From Candidatus Micrarchaeota archaeon (GTDB lineage Archaea > Micrarchaeota > Micrarchaeia > Anstonellales > Bilamarchaeaceae): a stretch of 64,000 bases of DNA. A program made the translations under genes and the position numbers. The stretch lies in contig JBDRPL010000019.1 of assembly GCA_043827025.1 (NCBI GenBank), positions 1 to 64,000 of the forward strand, written 5' to 3'. This document shows, piece after piece, positions 18,825 to 27,356 of the stretch (the stretch's first letter is position 1; each line of letters opens with the position of its first letter). Under the pieces are notes generated by a model. That model was not told where the DNA came from. It saw only the letters and a list, made by a program, of their open reading frames with translations, and did not search any database.

Positions 18825-19898
18825 ATGGATATCTCCGGATTATTGGGCTATACTGTTGGTAGCGATGCAATTCAGGATTATACCAACGCAATAGTCGTAT
18901 TCTTGGTTGCACTCATAATCCTAAGATTTTTCAAGTTCGTGGTCATAAGCAGGCTTAAGAAAATCACTCAAAAAACCAAAACAGGTATCGACGACGTTTT
19001 GGTAAATGTTGTGGATCAGATCGGCTGGTTCTTTTATGTGCTTCTTTCAATATATCTCTCGCTATTGTTCGTTCCTCACCCGCAACTCCTCGACCAGGTG
19101 ATGTATTACGCTCTATTAATTTCAATCACATACTATGCAGTAAGGGCAGTGCAGCAAATCATAGATTATGCTGAAAGGAAATTCATCCGCGAAAGGGAAA
19201 AAGAAGCAGGCGAAACCGACAGCTCTTTAGTTCATCTCATGACTCAGATCGTCAAGGCAGTTCTTTGGCTGATTGCGCTTCTTCTCATAATCTCCAATGC
19301 AGGAATAGATATCTCTCCGATGCTTGCAGGCCTTGGTATCGGAGGCCTTGCAGTTGCATTTGCATTGCAGAACGTCCTTAGTGATGTTTTCGCTTCCTTT
19401 TCTATTTATTTCGACAAACCCTTCAAAGTAGGGGATACGATTTTGATAGGCACCGATCTTGGCGAAGTGAAAAGAGTTGGGATAAAAACCACCCGCATCC
19501 TTACCCAGCAGGGCCAGGAACTTGTTGTTTCAAATAGGGAATTGACTGAGACAAGGATCCACAACTTCAAGAAAATGACCAAACGCAGGGTTGTCTTCAG
19601 CTTTGGCATTGAATATGAAACTCCTACAAAGCAAGTGAAAGCGATTCCAAAGATGGTTGAAGATATTGTGAAATGTGTCGAGCTTGTAGACTTTGATCGA
19701 GTTCATTTCAGCAAGTTTGGCGATTCAGCGCTTCTATTTGAGGTGGTTTATTTCGTGAAGACAAATGATTATAAGAAATATATGGACATTCAGCAGGATA
19801 TTAACCTTGCTATAAAGGAGGAATTTGAGAAAGAAGGAATTGCAATGGCTTATCCGACACAGACCCTCTATATTAATAAACTCAAACAAATCAAGTAA
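18825..19898 (+). CDS. mscS: Small-conductance mechanosensitive channel
   Basis: LAGLGIGGLAVAFALQNVLSDVF, DKPFKVGD, GIKTTR, AYPTQT. Confidence 0.95.
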   Translation: MDISGLLGYTVGSDAIQDYTNAIVVFLVALIILRFFKFVVISRLKKITQKTKTGIDDVLVNVVDQIGWFFYVLLSIYLSLLFVPHPQLLDQVMYYALLISITYYAVRAVQQIIDYAERKFIREREKEAGETDSSLVHLMTQIVKAVLWLIALLLIISNAGIDISPMLAGLGIGGLAVAFALQNVLSDVFASFSIYFDKPFKVGDTILIGTDLGEVKRVGIKTTRILTQQGQELVVSNRELTETRIHNFKKMTKRRVVFSFGIEYETPTKQVKAIPKMVEDIVKCVELVDFDRVHFSKFGDSALLFEVVYFVKTNDYKKYMDIQQDINLAIKEEFEKEGIAMAYPTQTLYINKLKQIK

Positions 19899-19910
19899 TT
19901 TGTGGTTATT

Positions 19911-20750
19911 ATGGGAAATGAACCTAGTGTTGTCGAGTCAATCAAAAAAGCATTCGGATTATTCAGCAATGGGAAGTTGCTTACTAACTTTTCGAAAATA
20001 TCTTTGCTGGAGGCGGGGGTGCAGGCCGTATTGGTGGTTTTGGTTTTTGCCAGCCTTTTGTCAGCACTTCTTTCTGTTAGTAAGGTTGATCCGAGCAATT
20101 CGGAGTTAGTACTGTCCACCCTTGTGGCTAGCCTCCTTTCAGCAGGCATCTTTATACTATTCCTGGGTTTAATTGCAATTCTTGCTTTAACAATTATCAA
20201 CTCTATCTTTTGGTATGCGATTCATGCACATTCAAATAATAAGCATTTCAATCTGTGGAATTCGCTGAAGGAAGCGGCAGTGCCAATGACGAAACTTTTC
20301 CTAGTTTATCTATTGGGCGGTGTTTTGGCAGTTGGAGTGTTGGTAGTGTCTGCAATCACATGCGTGCTTCTTCCAATCGCCGTGATAGGGCTTTTGATCC
20401 TTGTATTTTCGATAGTCTTCATGGTTCCTGAAATTTTGATAAACAAAAAAGGAATCGTTGATTCTTTCAAGACCTCCTGGAGAATACTGAGGACATATCC
20501 TCTGAAAGTCATTGCATTGGTTCTTGCATCAGGGCTGATTGCAGCTGTGCCTAATTACATTTTGTCAACAGTTTCTGATTTGCTTATGGATAACCTAGGT
20601 ACTAATCTGGCATTGATCTTCGCAGTCACGTTGGTAATTGGATTCCTTCAGATTCTGATCGATTCAATTATCCTAGTTGGTTCAGTATACTACTTTTGGA
20701 TGGATGTTCCAAAGGCAGTTCAAAAGAAGCCTTCGACTAATCGCAAATAA
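19911..20750 (+). CDS. Polytopic membrane protein, unknown function
   Basis: About six hydrophobic segments; KGIVDSFKTSW motif. Confidence 0.7.
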   Translation: MGNEPSVVESIKKAFGLFSNGKLLTNFSKISLLEAGVQAVLVVLVFASLLSALLSVSKVDPSNSELVLSTLVASLLSAGIFILFLGLIAILALTIINSIFWYAIHAHSNNKHFNLWNSLKEAAVPMTKLFLVYLLGGVLAVGVLVVSAITCVLLPIAVIGLLILVFSIVFMVPEILINKKGIVDSFKTSWRILRTYPLKVIALVLASGLIAAVPNYILSTVSDLLMDNLGTNLALIFAVTLVIGFLQILIDSIILVGSVYYFWMDVPKAVQKKPSTNRK

Positions 20751-20831
20751 GCAAAATATTCGGACATTTATTGCTTATTTGCTAGCTAGCAAGTTGCAAA
20801 TAAAAAGTTCGATTATTTTTGCAACTTGCTA
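20741..20831. repeat. Twin inverted-repeat element (TCGCAA...TTGCTA then TAGCAA...TTGCTA)
   Basis: Perfect 12-bp GCAAATAAGCAA/TTGCTTATTTGC and 14-bp TAGCAAGTTGCAAA/TTTGCAACTTGCTA. Confidence 0.75.
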
Positions 20832-20846
20832 TAAGAAGAAAGTAAA

Positions 20847-21224
20847 TCAAAAACAGAAGTAAATCTTCTTTATTTCTTTCATTTCTCCTAAAGCCACTAT
20901 GCGGTAGATGCAATTCCCTCCATCGGGTTCGAATCCAATCGAGATTTCCTTTTTTTCGTTTAGCATTTTTGACGAATCGATCCAGTTTTCGAAATTCATT
21001 CCCTCTCTTTTCACATCCATTCCTTGCTTTACTGATTGTTCTGAGATCAGATAGAGTTTGTCAAACGCCTGTTTTTCAAGGATGTTGTTCTCTGTACCCT
21101 GTTTGAGTTGCGAGATTGTATTAAGGCCGTACATTAAAATAAGGATTATCGGAATCATGCTAAGCATCACATCTAGCGTTACGAACCCTTTTTGCAATAA
21201 GCTATTATTACGTTGATTCTTCAT
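20847..21224 (-). CDS. Class III signal peptide protein (minor pilin-like)
   Basis: QKG|FVTLDVMLSMIPIILIL. Confidence 0.65.
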   Translation of the reverse strand: MKNQRNNSLLQKGFVTLDVMLSMIPIILILMYGLNTISQLKQGTENNILEKQAFDKLYLISEQSVKQGMDVKREGMNFENWIDSSKMLNEKKEISIGFEPDGGNCIYRIVALGEMKEIKKIYFCF

Positions 21225-21525
21225 CTGGAAATTCCACCTCAAGAACATTTTCGTATTCTATGGACCTGCCTTCAGATGTTTTTGCCAGTTTATTTCCTTT
21301 TATGGAAAATCCTCCTATTTCAAGAGAGTTGTATCCCTTGGACATCATCTTTTGATCAAGCACAAGCATGTTCTTTTCAAGTTCGATCCGTTCCTTGGCT
21401 GTTTTCGAGTAAATGCTGATTCCATCTTTAAAATTATTTAATGAAATTGTAATGGCGCCTATGACTGCGATTGTCAAGACTATTCCAATCATCAGTTCGA
21501 ACGTAACTTGGCCCTTGTTACTCAT
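21208..21525 (-). CDS. Class III signal peptide protein (pilin-like)
   Basis: NKG|QVTFELMIGIVL. Confidence 0.8.
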   Translation of the reverse strand: MSNKGQVTFELMIGIVLTIAVIGAITISLNNFKDGISIYSKTAKERIELEKNMLVLDQKMMSKGYNSLEIGGFSIKGNKLAKTSEGRSIEYENVLEVEFPDEEST

Positions 21526-22468
21526 ATCTTACCGAATACTCCACGCCATTTGTTTCAATTACTACTGTTCCACCCATATAATTCTCAAGAAGCGTGACAT
21601 TGTCCTGTGAAAGTATCTGCCTTATCGGGCCCCGACCTTCTTCGTCTTTGAGAGAACTTGGCCCTCCGCTTATTATCGCGTATTGTGGTTTGACTGCCCT
21701 TATGAAAAGAAATGCCTGCCGGTTGCTGTCTCCTAATCCATGGTCAGGTATTTGCAATACAGGGCATTGGATGTCAAATCTGTTGAGAAGGTCTCTTTGC
21801 CCCCCTGCATTCAACTCTGAAGTGAGCAATATGCACATGCTCTTGTAGGTGAGCTTGAGCACAGCTGCATTCAATTTCAGGTCAGGGTTGGAATTCTCCA
21901 TGGTCGGGTTCAATACTTCTATTTCCAAATCCCCGTAGCTCTTTGTGATTCCTCTTGCAAGATACACCACTCGGTCTGCAGTTATTGAATTAATGACTGA
22001 ATTGTAGTCGCTGCTTGCAGACCTCATAGCGAAAGTCCATAAATCAGTTATCTTGAATTCCTTTGTCAGCGCAGATATCCCGCCATACTGGTTTTTGTCA
22101 TTTATAGTTATTACAAGAGCATCAAGCCTTTCCACTCCCTTGCCTTTCAGGTAAGCAATGAGCTTTTGGGATCCGCTTTCAGGGCCTGTATCTACAAGCA
22201 TATTAAATTCGCCCTGGTTTATCAGTATTGCGTCTCCTTCTGTTTCATCGTCATTGACTTCTATGAAATATATCTTTAGCACGTCTGAAGCCTGCAAGGT
22301 CTTATTACCCTCAGTTTTTGGAATCACGACAGTGGCATTTTCCTTGGTCGTAATCTTCGTGACATCTACTGGCCCTTTTACATCTCCCTGCTCCATCACT
22401 TTCTCAGCTACATTTATGCATGCAAAAAGAAAAACAAATGCTAATCCCAGATACAAGAGTCGTTTCAT
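21518..22468 (-). CDS. ComEC/Rec2-type MBL-fold lipoprotein, metal site degenerate
   Basis: IYFIEV...GDAILI...MLVDTG...LQIPDHG...VKPQYAIIS; HxHxDH replaced by TINDKNQ. Confidence 0.8.
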   Translation of the reverse strand: MKRLLYLGLAFVFLFACINVAEKVMEQGDVKGPVDVTKITTKENATVVIPKTEGNKTLQASDVLKIYFIEVNDDETEGDAILINQGEFNMLVDTGPESGSQKLIAYLKGKGVERLDALVITINDKNQYGGISALTKEFKITDLWTFAMRSASSDYNSVINSITADRVVYLARGITKSYGDLEIEVLNPTMENSNPDLKLNAAVLKLTYKSMCILLTSELNAGGQRDLLNRFDIQCPVLQIPDHGLGDSNRQAFLFIRAVKPQYAIISGGPSSLKDEEGRGPIRQILSQDNVTLLENYMGGTVVIETNGVEYSVRYE

Positions 22469-22554
22469 GCTTACGAGTTACATTTAAGCTTTAAAACTTT
22501 TTGCCTGTTCGGAAGTGTCGTATGTATTTGCCATATGCCAAGAATAGCGCGAGA

Positions 22555-23436
22555 TTATGCTGACGATTTTGTTCCTAATTTCGTAGGTCGTGTAAGTTTT
22601 AGGTTTGGCATCTGCGATAGCCTTGCATTTATCTCACCTGAGTCTATGAGTTCCTTTGCCTCTCCTTCGCTTTGTCCAGTGAGTTGCTTGGCAGCATCAA
22701 TGACAAGGTTATTTGTTGTTTCTTCTGGCACTGCTGCGAGGTCTGTGTATGCCCTATATAAAGAACCAGCTAAATCAAACACTTCTTTGCGTGTAATCTC
22801 TTTTCTTTCCCCATTGAGGTCTTTTATTATCAGTGCCATTGGGATCGGGCTATCTCCTTCTTCAAATGGTGGCTGATAATATTGAAAGCCATCCACAAGG
22901 CATAGCCCTCCTCGTTCCATAGCATGCAATGCTGCTATTTTAGCCCCATCTTTATTATCTTTTGGCGCTTCAACTTCTGCTGTGATATATCTTAATTCTC
23001 CACATTCTAATTTTTTAGATATTTCTTTTGCCTGTTTTATTGCCATTTCCGTAGTTGCAGTAGATATCCCTTTTTTTCTAGATCCTCTATCGACAACTGT
23101 ATAGTGGAGATAAAACATTGCACCTGAATCCGTTTCATGTATACTTCCGGCGTATGCACCGACTGTTTTGCCCGTTCTCTGGTCAGTTGCTAAAACGAAT
23201 ACATATCTTTCTTGTTTTAAATACTCTCTCAGTGTCTCTTCGGGAGTAACAACTTCCACCTCAAAATTTCTGAGCAATAAATCTCGACATGCCCTAAATT
23301 TATTTTCAAAATCCTGACTCTTTGAAGTTAGTCTCTCGATTTTGAAATTGTTTTCTTGTGATAATATTGGTTCTCTTTTTACAGTGCGTGCTGGCTTTTC
23401 ATGAGGTCTTATCTGTAACTCTTTTCTAGCTGTCAT
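22555..23436 (-). CDS. GNAT-family acetyltransferase
   Basis: FYLHYTVVDRGSRKKGIST motif A; AEVE; YYQPP. Confidence 0.75.
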   Translation of the reverse strand: MTARKELQIRPHEKPARTVKREPILSQENNFKIERLTSKSQDFENKFRACRDLLLRNFEVEVVTPEETLREYLKQERYVFVLATDQRTGKTVGAYAGSIHETDSGAMFYLHYTVVDRGSRKKGISTATTEMAIKQAKEISKKLECGELRYITAEVEAPKDNKDGAKIAALHAMERGGLCLVDGFQYYQPPFEEGDSPIPMALIIKDLNGERKEITRKEVFDLAGSLYRAYTDLAAVPEETTNNLVIDAAKQLTGQSEGEAKELIDSGEINARLSQMPNLKLTRPTKLGTKSSA

Positions 23437-23481
23437 ATTCTATCATCCTTTATCATAGTTTGCCCCCACCTATTTTTTAAT

Positions 23482-24033
23482 TTAACTTTTGAGTGCCTTA
23501 GCAATCTTTTCCAGAGTTTTGGCATTCGCACTCATCATCTCATTCGCTATTTCGACTATTTCTGTCCATTTTCCTTCCACCTGGTTCACAGGGATTGCTA
23601 TTTGGCCTTGGCCATGCATTTCCATCATTACTTTTTTCGAAATGGATTGGATGCTGCAATTCCTGATCCCGCACTTCCTTGCCTTTCCAAGAAACTCTAA
23701 TGCGGATTTAATGTCCTTTGCTGCAACCTCAAGAACAAATGGCTCGAATCTGAACCACAGTTGTTTCTTCAGCCCGTGTCTTAATATTGACATCTCTACT
23801 GTTTCTGGTTCAATGGCTGAATGCCATCTGCCATGTATTTTTGGTTCTTTCTTTTCAGATTCGAAACCATATTCCAACAAGCCTATCTGCCCATGGCAGG
23901 ATGAAGCAGTTGTCCAGTTCTTGTTTTTATTAATCAGTCTTATAAGTGGAATCACATTGGAATCCACTTTGTTCTCCTTGATTGCTTTTTCGAATTCATT
24001 TATTTTCTGTTTCTTGAATTTCTCCCATTCCAT
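23482..24033 (-). CDS. taw3: tRNA wyosine methyltransferase Taw3/TYW3 family (divergent)
   Basis: KVDSNVIPLI..IN...WTTASSCHGQI, RWH, FEPFVLEV. Confidence 0.75.
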   Translation of the reverse strand: MEWEKFKKQKINEFEKAIKENKVDSNVIPLIRLINKNKNWTTASSCHGQIGLLEYGFESEKKEPKIHGRWHSAIEPETVEMSILRHGLKKQLWFRFEPFVLEVAAKDIKSALEFLGKARKCGIRNCSIQSISKKVMMEMHGQGQIAIPVNQVEGKWTEIVEIANEMMSANAKTLEKIAKALKS

Positions 24034-24135
24034 GCAGGATTATTTTGTTTTAGATTAAAAAGCATTTCGTGCAGTTTTTGCAAATTCGAAATATCATTTT
24101 AAACTTAACTCTACAACATTAGTGCGCTGATTTTT

Positions 24136-24828
24136 ATGGTAAGAAGATCACTTTTATCTAGTCTTGGCCCTGATCAACGACAAACATTAGCTCAGAAGCG
24201 CGAACTCCAAAGGCCTCATCTTCGTGTTTCTCCGGATATGCTGGAAACCGCTGGAAGGGCATTTCCAGTTACAAAAGGAAGACATGATTTTCAAGATGGA
24301 GTCTATTGGAATTCACATTTTACCGGACATTCAGAATGCCGTTATATCACAGGCACTCATTCGGAGGATGACGGATTAATTGTTTGCATAAGTCCAATAA
24401 TTCTATGCAGGTACGGTTCATCTGTTAAGATGCATCACCAGGATTTAATTGCCAGGGATTATCTATTTGACTTTGAGATGCCGCATCAATTGGTTATTGA
24501 CTCTAGAGAAACATTTTCTCATGAAATTAGCTGGTCAAGAGCGCATAAAGCGATCATTACACCTTTGAATAATGTATTCAGTTCTCTGGTTTTTGGAGGA
24601 CTATTTGGTGGTTTTGGTGCGCTTGCTAGCCATCTTATCTGTACTCTTTACAAAGTAAGTTCTACTCTAGCTGCAAATACGATTGTTGCAGGAGTTGTTG
24701 GTTTAATCGCGTTTGTTATGAATTATCATCTAAACAATGCACTTTATCGGGAGATAAGACAGAATTGCATTGAACAGTTGGCAGTGGATTTGCAGAAATT
24801 AAAGGAAGCGCATCCGAGGAGTACCTGA
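24136..24828 (+). CDS. Hypothetical orphan membrane protein (two C-terminal TM segments)
   Basis: 230-aa ORF with an upstream TATA box; no family recognised. Confidence 0.55.
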   Translation: MVRRSLLSSLGPDQRQTLAQKRELQRPHLRVSPDMLETAGRAFPVTKGRHDFQDGVYWNSHFTGHSECRYITGTHSEDDGLIVCISPIILCRYGSSVKMHHQDLIARDYLFDFEMPHQLVIDSRETFSHEISWSRAHKAIITPLNNVFSSLVFGGLFGGFGALASHLICTLYKVSSTLAANTIVAGVVGLIAFVMNYHLNNALYREIRQNCIEQLAVDLQKLKEAHPRST

Positions 24829-24830
24829 AC

Positions 24831-25406
24831 CTAGATCTTCAGAAAATTAGCCAATATCTTTTCCCCATGCTCAGTATGCCAGACCTCAGGATGGAATTGC
24901 ACTCCGAATATGTTCCTTGTCTCATGTCGCATAGCTTCATGCGCACAGGTTTTTGAATGCGCCAATGAAACAAAGTCCTTTGGCATAATCTTCACAGTAT
25001 CAAAATGAGAGACCCAAGCATTGAATTTCTTTGGAACGCCTTTGAATAACACATCTTCAGAATCAACATCTATCTCGCATATCCCATACTCTGCTGACTC
25101 GCCTTTCTCTACATTTCCGCCAAGAAGATGGGCAAACAGCTGGTGGCCGAAACATACTCCGAGTATTGGCATCTCTATTCTTTCGACATTTATTTTCTTC
25201 ACAATTTCTTCGCTTAACCCCAGATTGCCTGCATTGACAGAACTCGGGCCTCCAGACAGTATTATCTTTTCAGCATTTTTGATTATGTTCTTTATTTCTG
25301 AGAACTGTTTTGAGTTGTTGAAAATCATTGCCTCGAATCCGAGGTCGCGACAGTTTCTTTTTATGAGGTGAGTGTACTGGCTGCCGTTATCGATTATAAG
25401 GATCAT
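24831..25406 (-). CDS. guaAA: GMP synthase, glutamine amidotransferase subunit A
   Basis: DNGSQYTHLI, LSGGPSSV, GVCFGHQ, GVQFHPEV. Confidence 0.95.
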   Translation of the reverse strand: MILIIDNGSQYTHLIKRNCRDLGFEAMIFNNSKQFSEIKNIIKNAEKIILSGGPSSVNAGNLGLSEEIVKKINVERIEMPILGVCFGHQLFAHLLGGNVEKGESAEYGICEIDVDSEDVLFKGVPKKFNAWVSHFDTVKIMPKDFVSLAHSKTCAHEAMRHETRNIFGVQFHPEVWHTEHGEKILANFLKI

Positions 25407-25587
25407 AATTAACTAATCTCCAGTTTTGTTTTTAATATGTTGCCCAAACCTTTGTGTTATCCACTACGCGTCAAGTTTCAAGGGGGAAAATCCGATTAAC
25501 AATGATTATAAACCTTTCCTTTCTAACTATATGTTCTAGTCTGGTAAGAGGTAGCCCTATCTCTGCCTATTAGTTGGGTGGTTCTGC

Positions 25588-25875
25588 TTGGTATCTAAAG
25601 GTTCTTCTAAGAAAGTTTCTAGGAAAAAGAAAGATGTTGCTGAAGAAAGCGTTGATGTTCTTGGTTATGAACTTGTTCCTAAGATGGAAATACTTTCTGA
25701 GTCTGAAAAGAAAAAAGTTCTTGTAAAATTTGGGATAAATGATAAACAGCTTCCAAAGTTGAGAAGCTCTGATCCAGAGGCAAAGGCCCTGAAAGCTAAT
25801 GTTGGCGATCTTATTAAAGTATTACGAAATGACTCGACTGGGGAGTATGTTGCATACAGGTTAGTCATAGATTAG
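25588..25875 (+). CDS. rpoH: RNA polymerase subunit H (Rpo5)
   Basis: ELVPKMEILS...QLPKL..SDP...YRLV; TTG start. Confidence 0.93.
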   Translation: MVSKGSSKKVSRKKKDVAEESVDVLGYELVPKMEILSESEKKKVLVKFGINDKQLPKLRSSDPEAKALKANVGDLIKVLRNDSTGEYVAYRLVID

Positions 25876-25891
25876 ATATAGAGGTTTTGTT

Positions 25892-27346
25892 ATGGTTTCC
25901 GGCATGATAGAAGCATATTATAATGTGAACACTTTGGTCAAACAGCAATTGGATTCTTACAACTGCTTTTTGGAAAAAGGCATCCAATCCGTTGTTTCAA
26001 GGGTTGGAACAATAAAGACTAATGTAGAAGGTTTTGAACTTAGGTTGGGAAAAGTGAGGATAGAGCAGCCAAGGTATTACGAAGTTAAAGGGGGCTACAG
26101 ATCCATTCTTCCAACCGAGGCGAGATTGAGGAACCTTACGTATGCAGCTCCGGTTTTTCTTGAAATAATCCCAGTTTTCAACGGCGTTGAAAGGCCAACT
26201 TATTCTGATGTTTTCATAGGAGAAATCCCGATAATGGCGAAATCAAAGATTTGCTATCTGTCATCAATGAGCGAAAGCGAATTGATTGATGCAGGCGAAG
26301 ACCCAAGCGATCCTGGAGGATATTTCATAATCAACGGAAGCGAACGTGTTTTGGTGAGCATTGAGGATCTTGTTCCGAATAAGATCATGGTGACTAAGGA
26401 ACGGAACGGATTCGTTTCAAAAATCTTTTCTACCTATTTTGGTTTCAGGGCAAGATGCGTGGTCAATCGAAACGCCGAAGGTGTTTACACTGTAGAGTTT
26501 CCTTCTTCCCCTGCAGGCATTCCATTCATCCAATTGCTGAAAGTGCTTGGCCTTGAAAAAGATTCTCAGATCCAGAATGCTTTCTCACAAGACAAGAGGA
26601 TACAGAACGACGTCATTCTTAATCTTGAGATGGAAGAGACAAAGAATCTGGAAGAAGCTATCGATGTGCTGAGCAGAAAACTTTCTCCAGGCCAGCCGCA
26701 GGAATTCAGACTGACAAGAATGGAAAATCTCATTAATAATTATCTTCTTCCGCACGTCGGAGTAACAAAGGATTCCCATGACGAAAAAATAAAATTTTTA
26801 ATCAACATGGCGGAGAAAGCGACAAAAGTGTATTACAAAGAGCTTCCTCCTGATGACAAGGACCATTACGCAAACAAGCGCGTAAAACTTGCAGGAGAAC
26901 TTATGGAAGAGCTTTTCAGATATGCCTTCCAGTTTTTGGTTAAAGACCTTATTTATCAGGCATCAAGGGCGGATGCAAGAGGAAGACGATTGCAGGTCCA
27001 TACGCTCGTAAGGCAAGATGCAATGGCTGACCGTATAAGGTATGCAATGGCAACCGGAAACTGGATAGCAGGCCAGACAGGCATTTCCCAGCTTCTTGAT
27101 CGTGTTAGTTACGCTTCAACAGTTTCGCACCTGAGAAGGATAATTTCTCCACTCAGCAAAAAGCACCCGCATTTCAAGGCAAGAGATCTGCATGGAACAC
27201 ATACTGGAAAGCTGTGTCCTAATGAAACTCCTGAAGGTCCAAGCTGTTCGCTTGTTAAGAACCTTGCAATCATGGCAGAAGTTTCTATTGGAATGGACAA
27301 TGAAGAAGTCCTTAACCTGCTGAAGGTTTATGATGTGAAGAAATAA
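25892..27346 (+). CDS. rpoB2: RNA polymerase subunit B'' (Rpo2N)
   Basis: QQLDSYN, ARLRNLTYAAP, DPGGYFIINGSERV, CPNETPEG. Confidence 0.97.
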   Translation: MVSGMIEAYYNVNTLVKQQLDSYNCFLEKGIQSVVSRVGTIKTNVEGFELRLGKVRIEQPRYYEVKGGYRSILPTEARLRNLTYAAPVFLEIIPVFNGVERPTYSDVFIGEIPIMAKSKICYLSSMSESELIDAGEDPSDPGGYFIINGSERVLVSIEDLVPNKIMVTKERNGFVSKIFSTYFGFRARCVVNRNAEGVYTVEFPSSPAGIPFIQLLKVLGLEKDSQIQNAFSQDKRIQNDVILNLEMEETKNLEEAIDVLSRKLSPGQPQEFRLTRMENLINNYLLPHVGVTKDSHDEKIKFLINMAEKATKVYYKELPPDDKDHYANKRVKLAGELMEELFRYAFQFLVKDLIYQASRADARGRRLQVHTLVRQDAMADRIRYAMATGNWIAGQTGISQLLDRVSYASTVSHLRRIISPLSKKHPHFKARDLHGTHTGKLCPNETPEGPSCSLVKNLAIMAEVSIGMDNEEVLNLLKVYDVKK

Positions 27347-27356
27347 GGTGATACTC

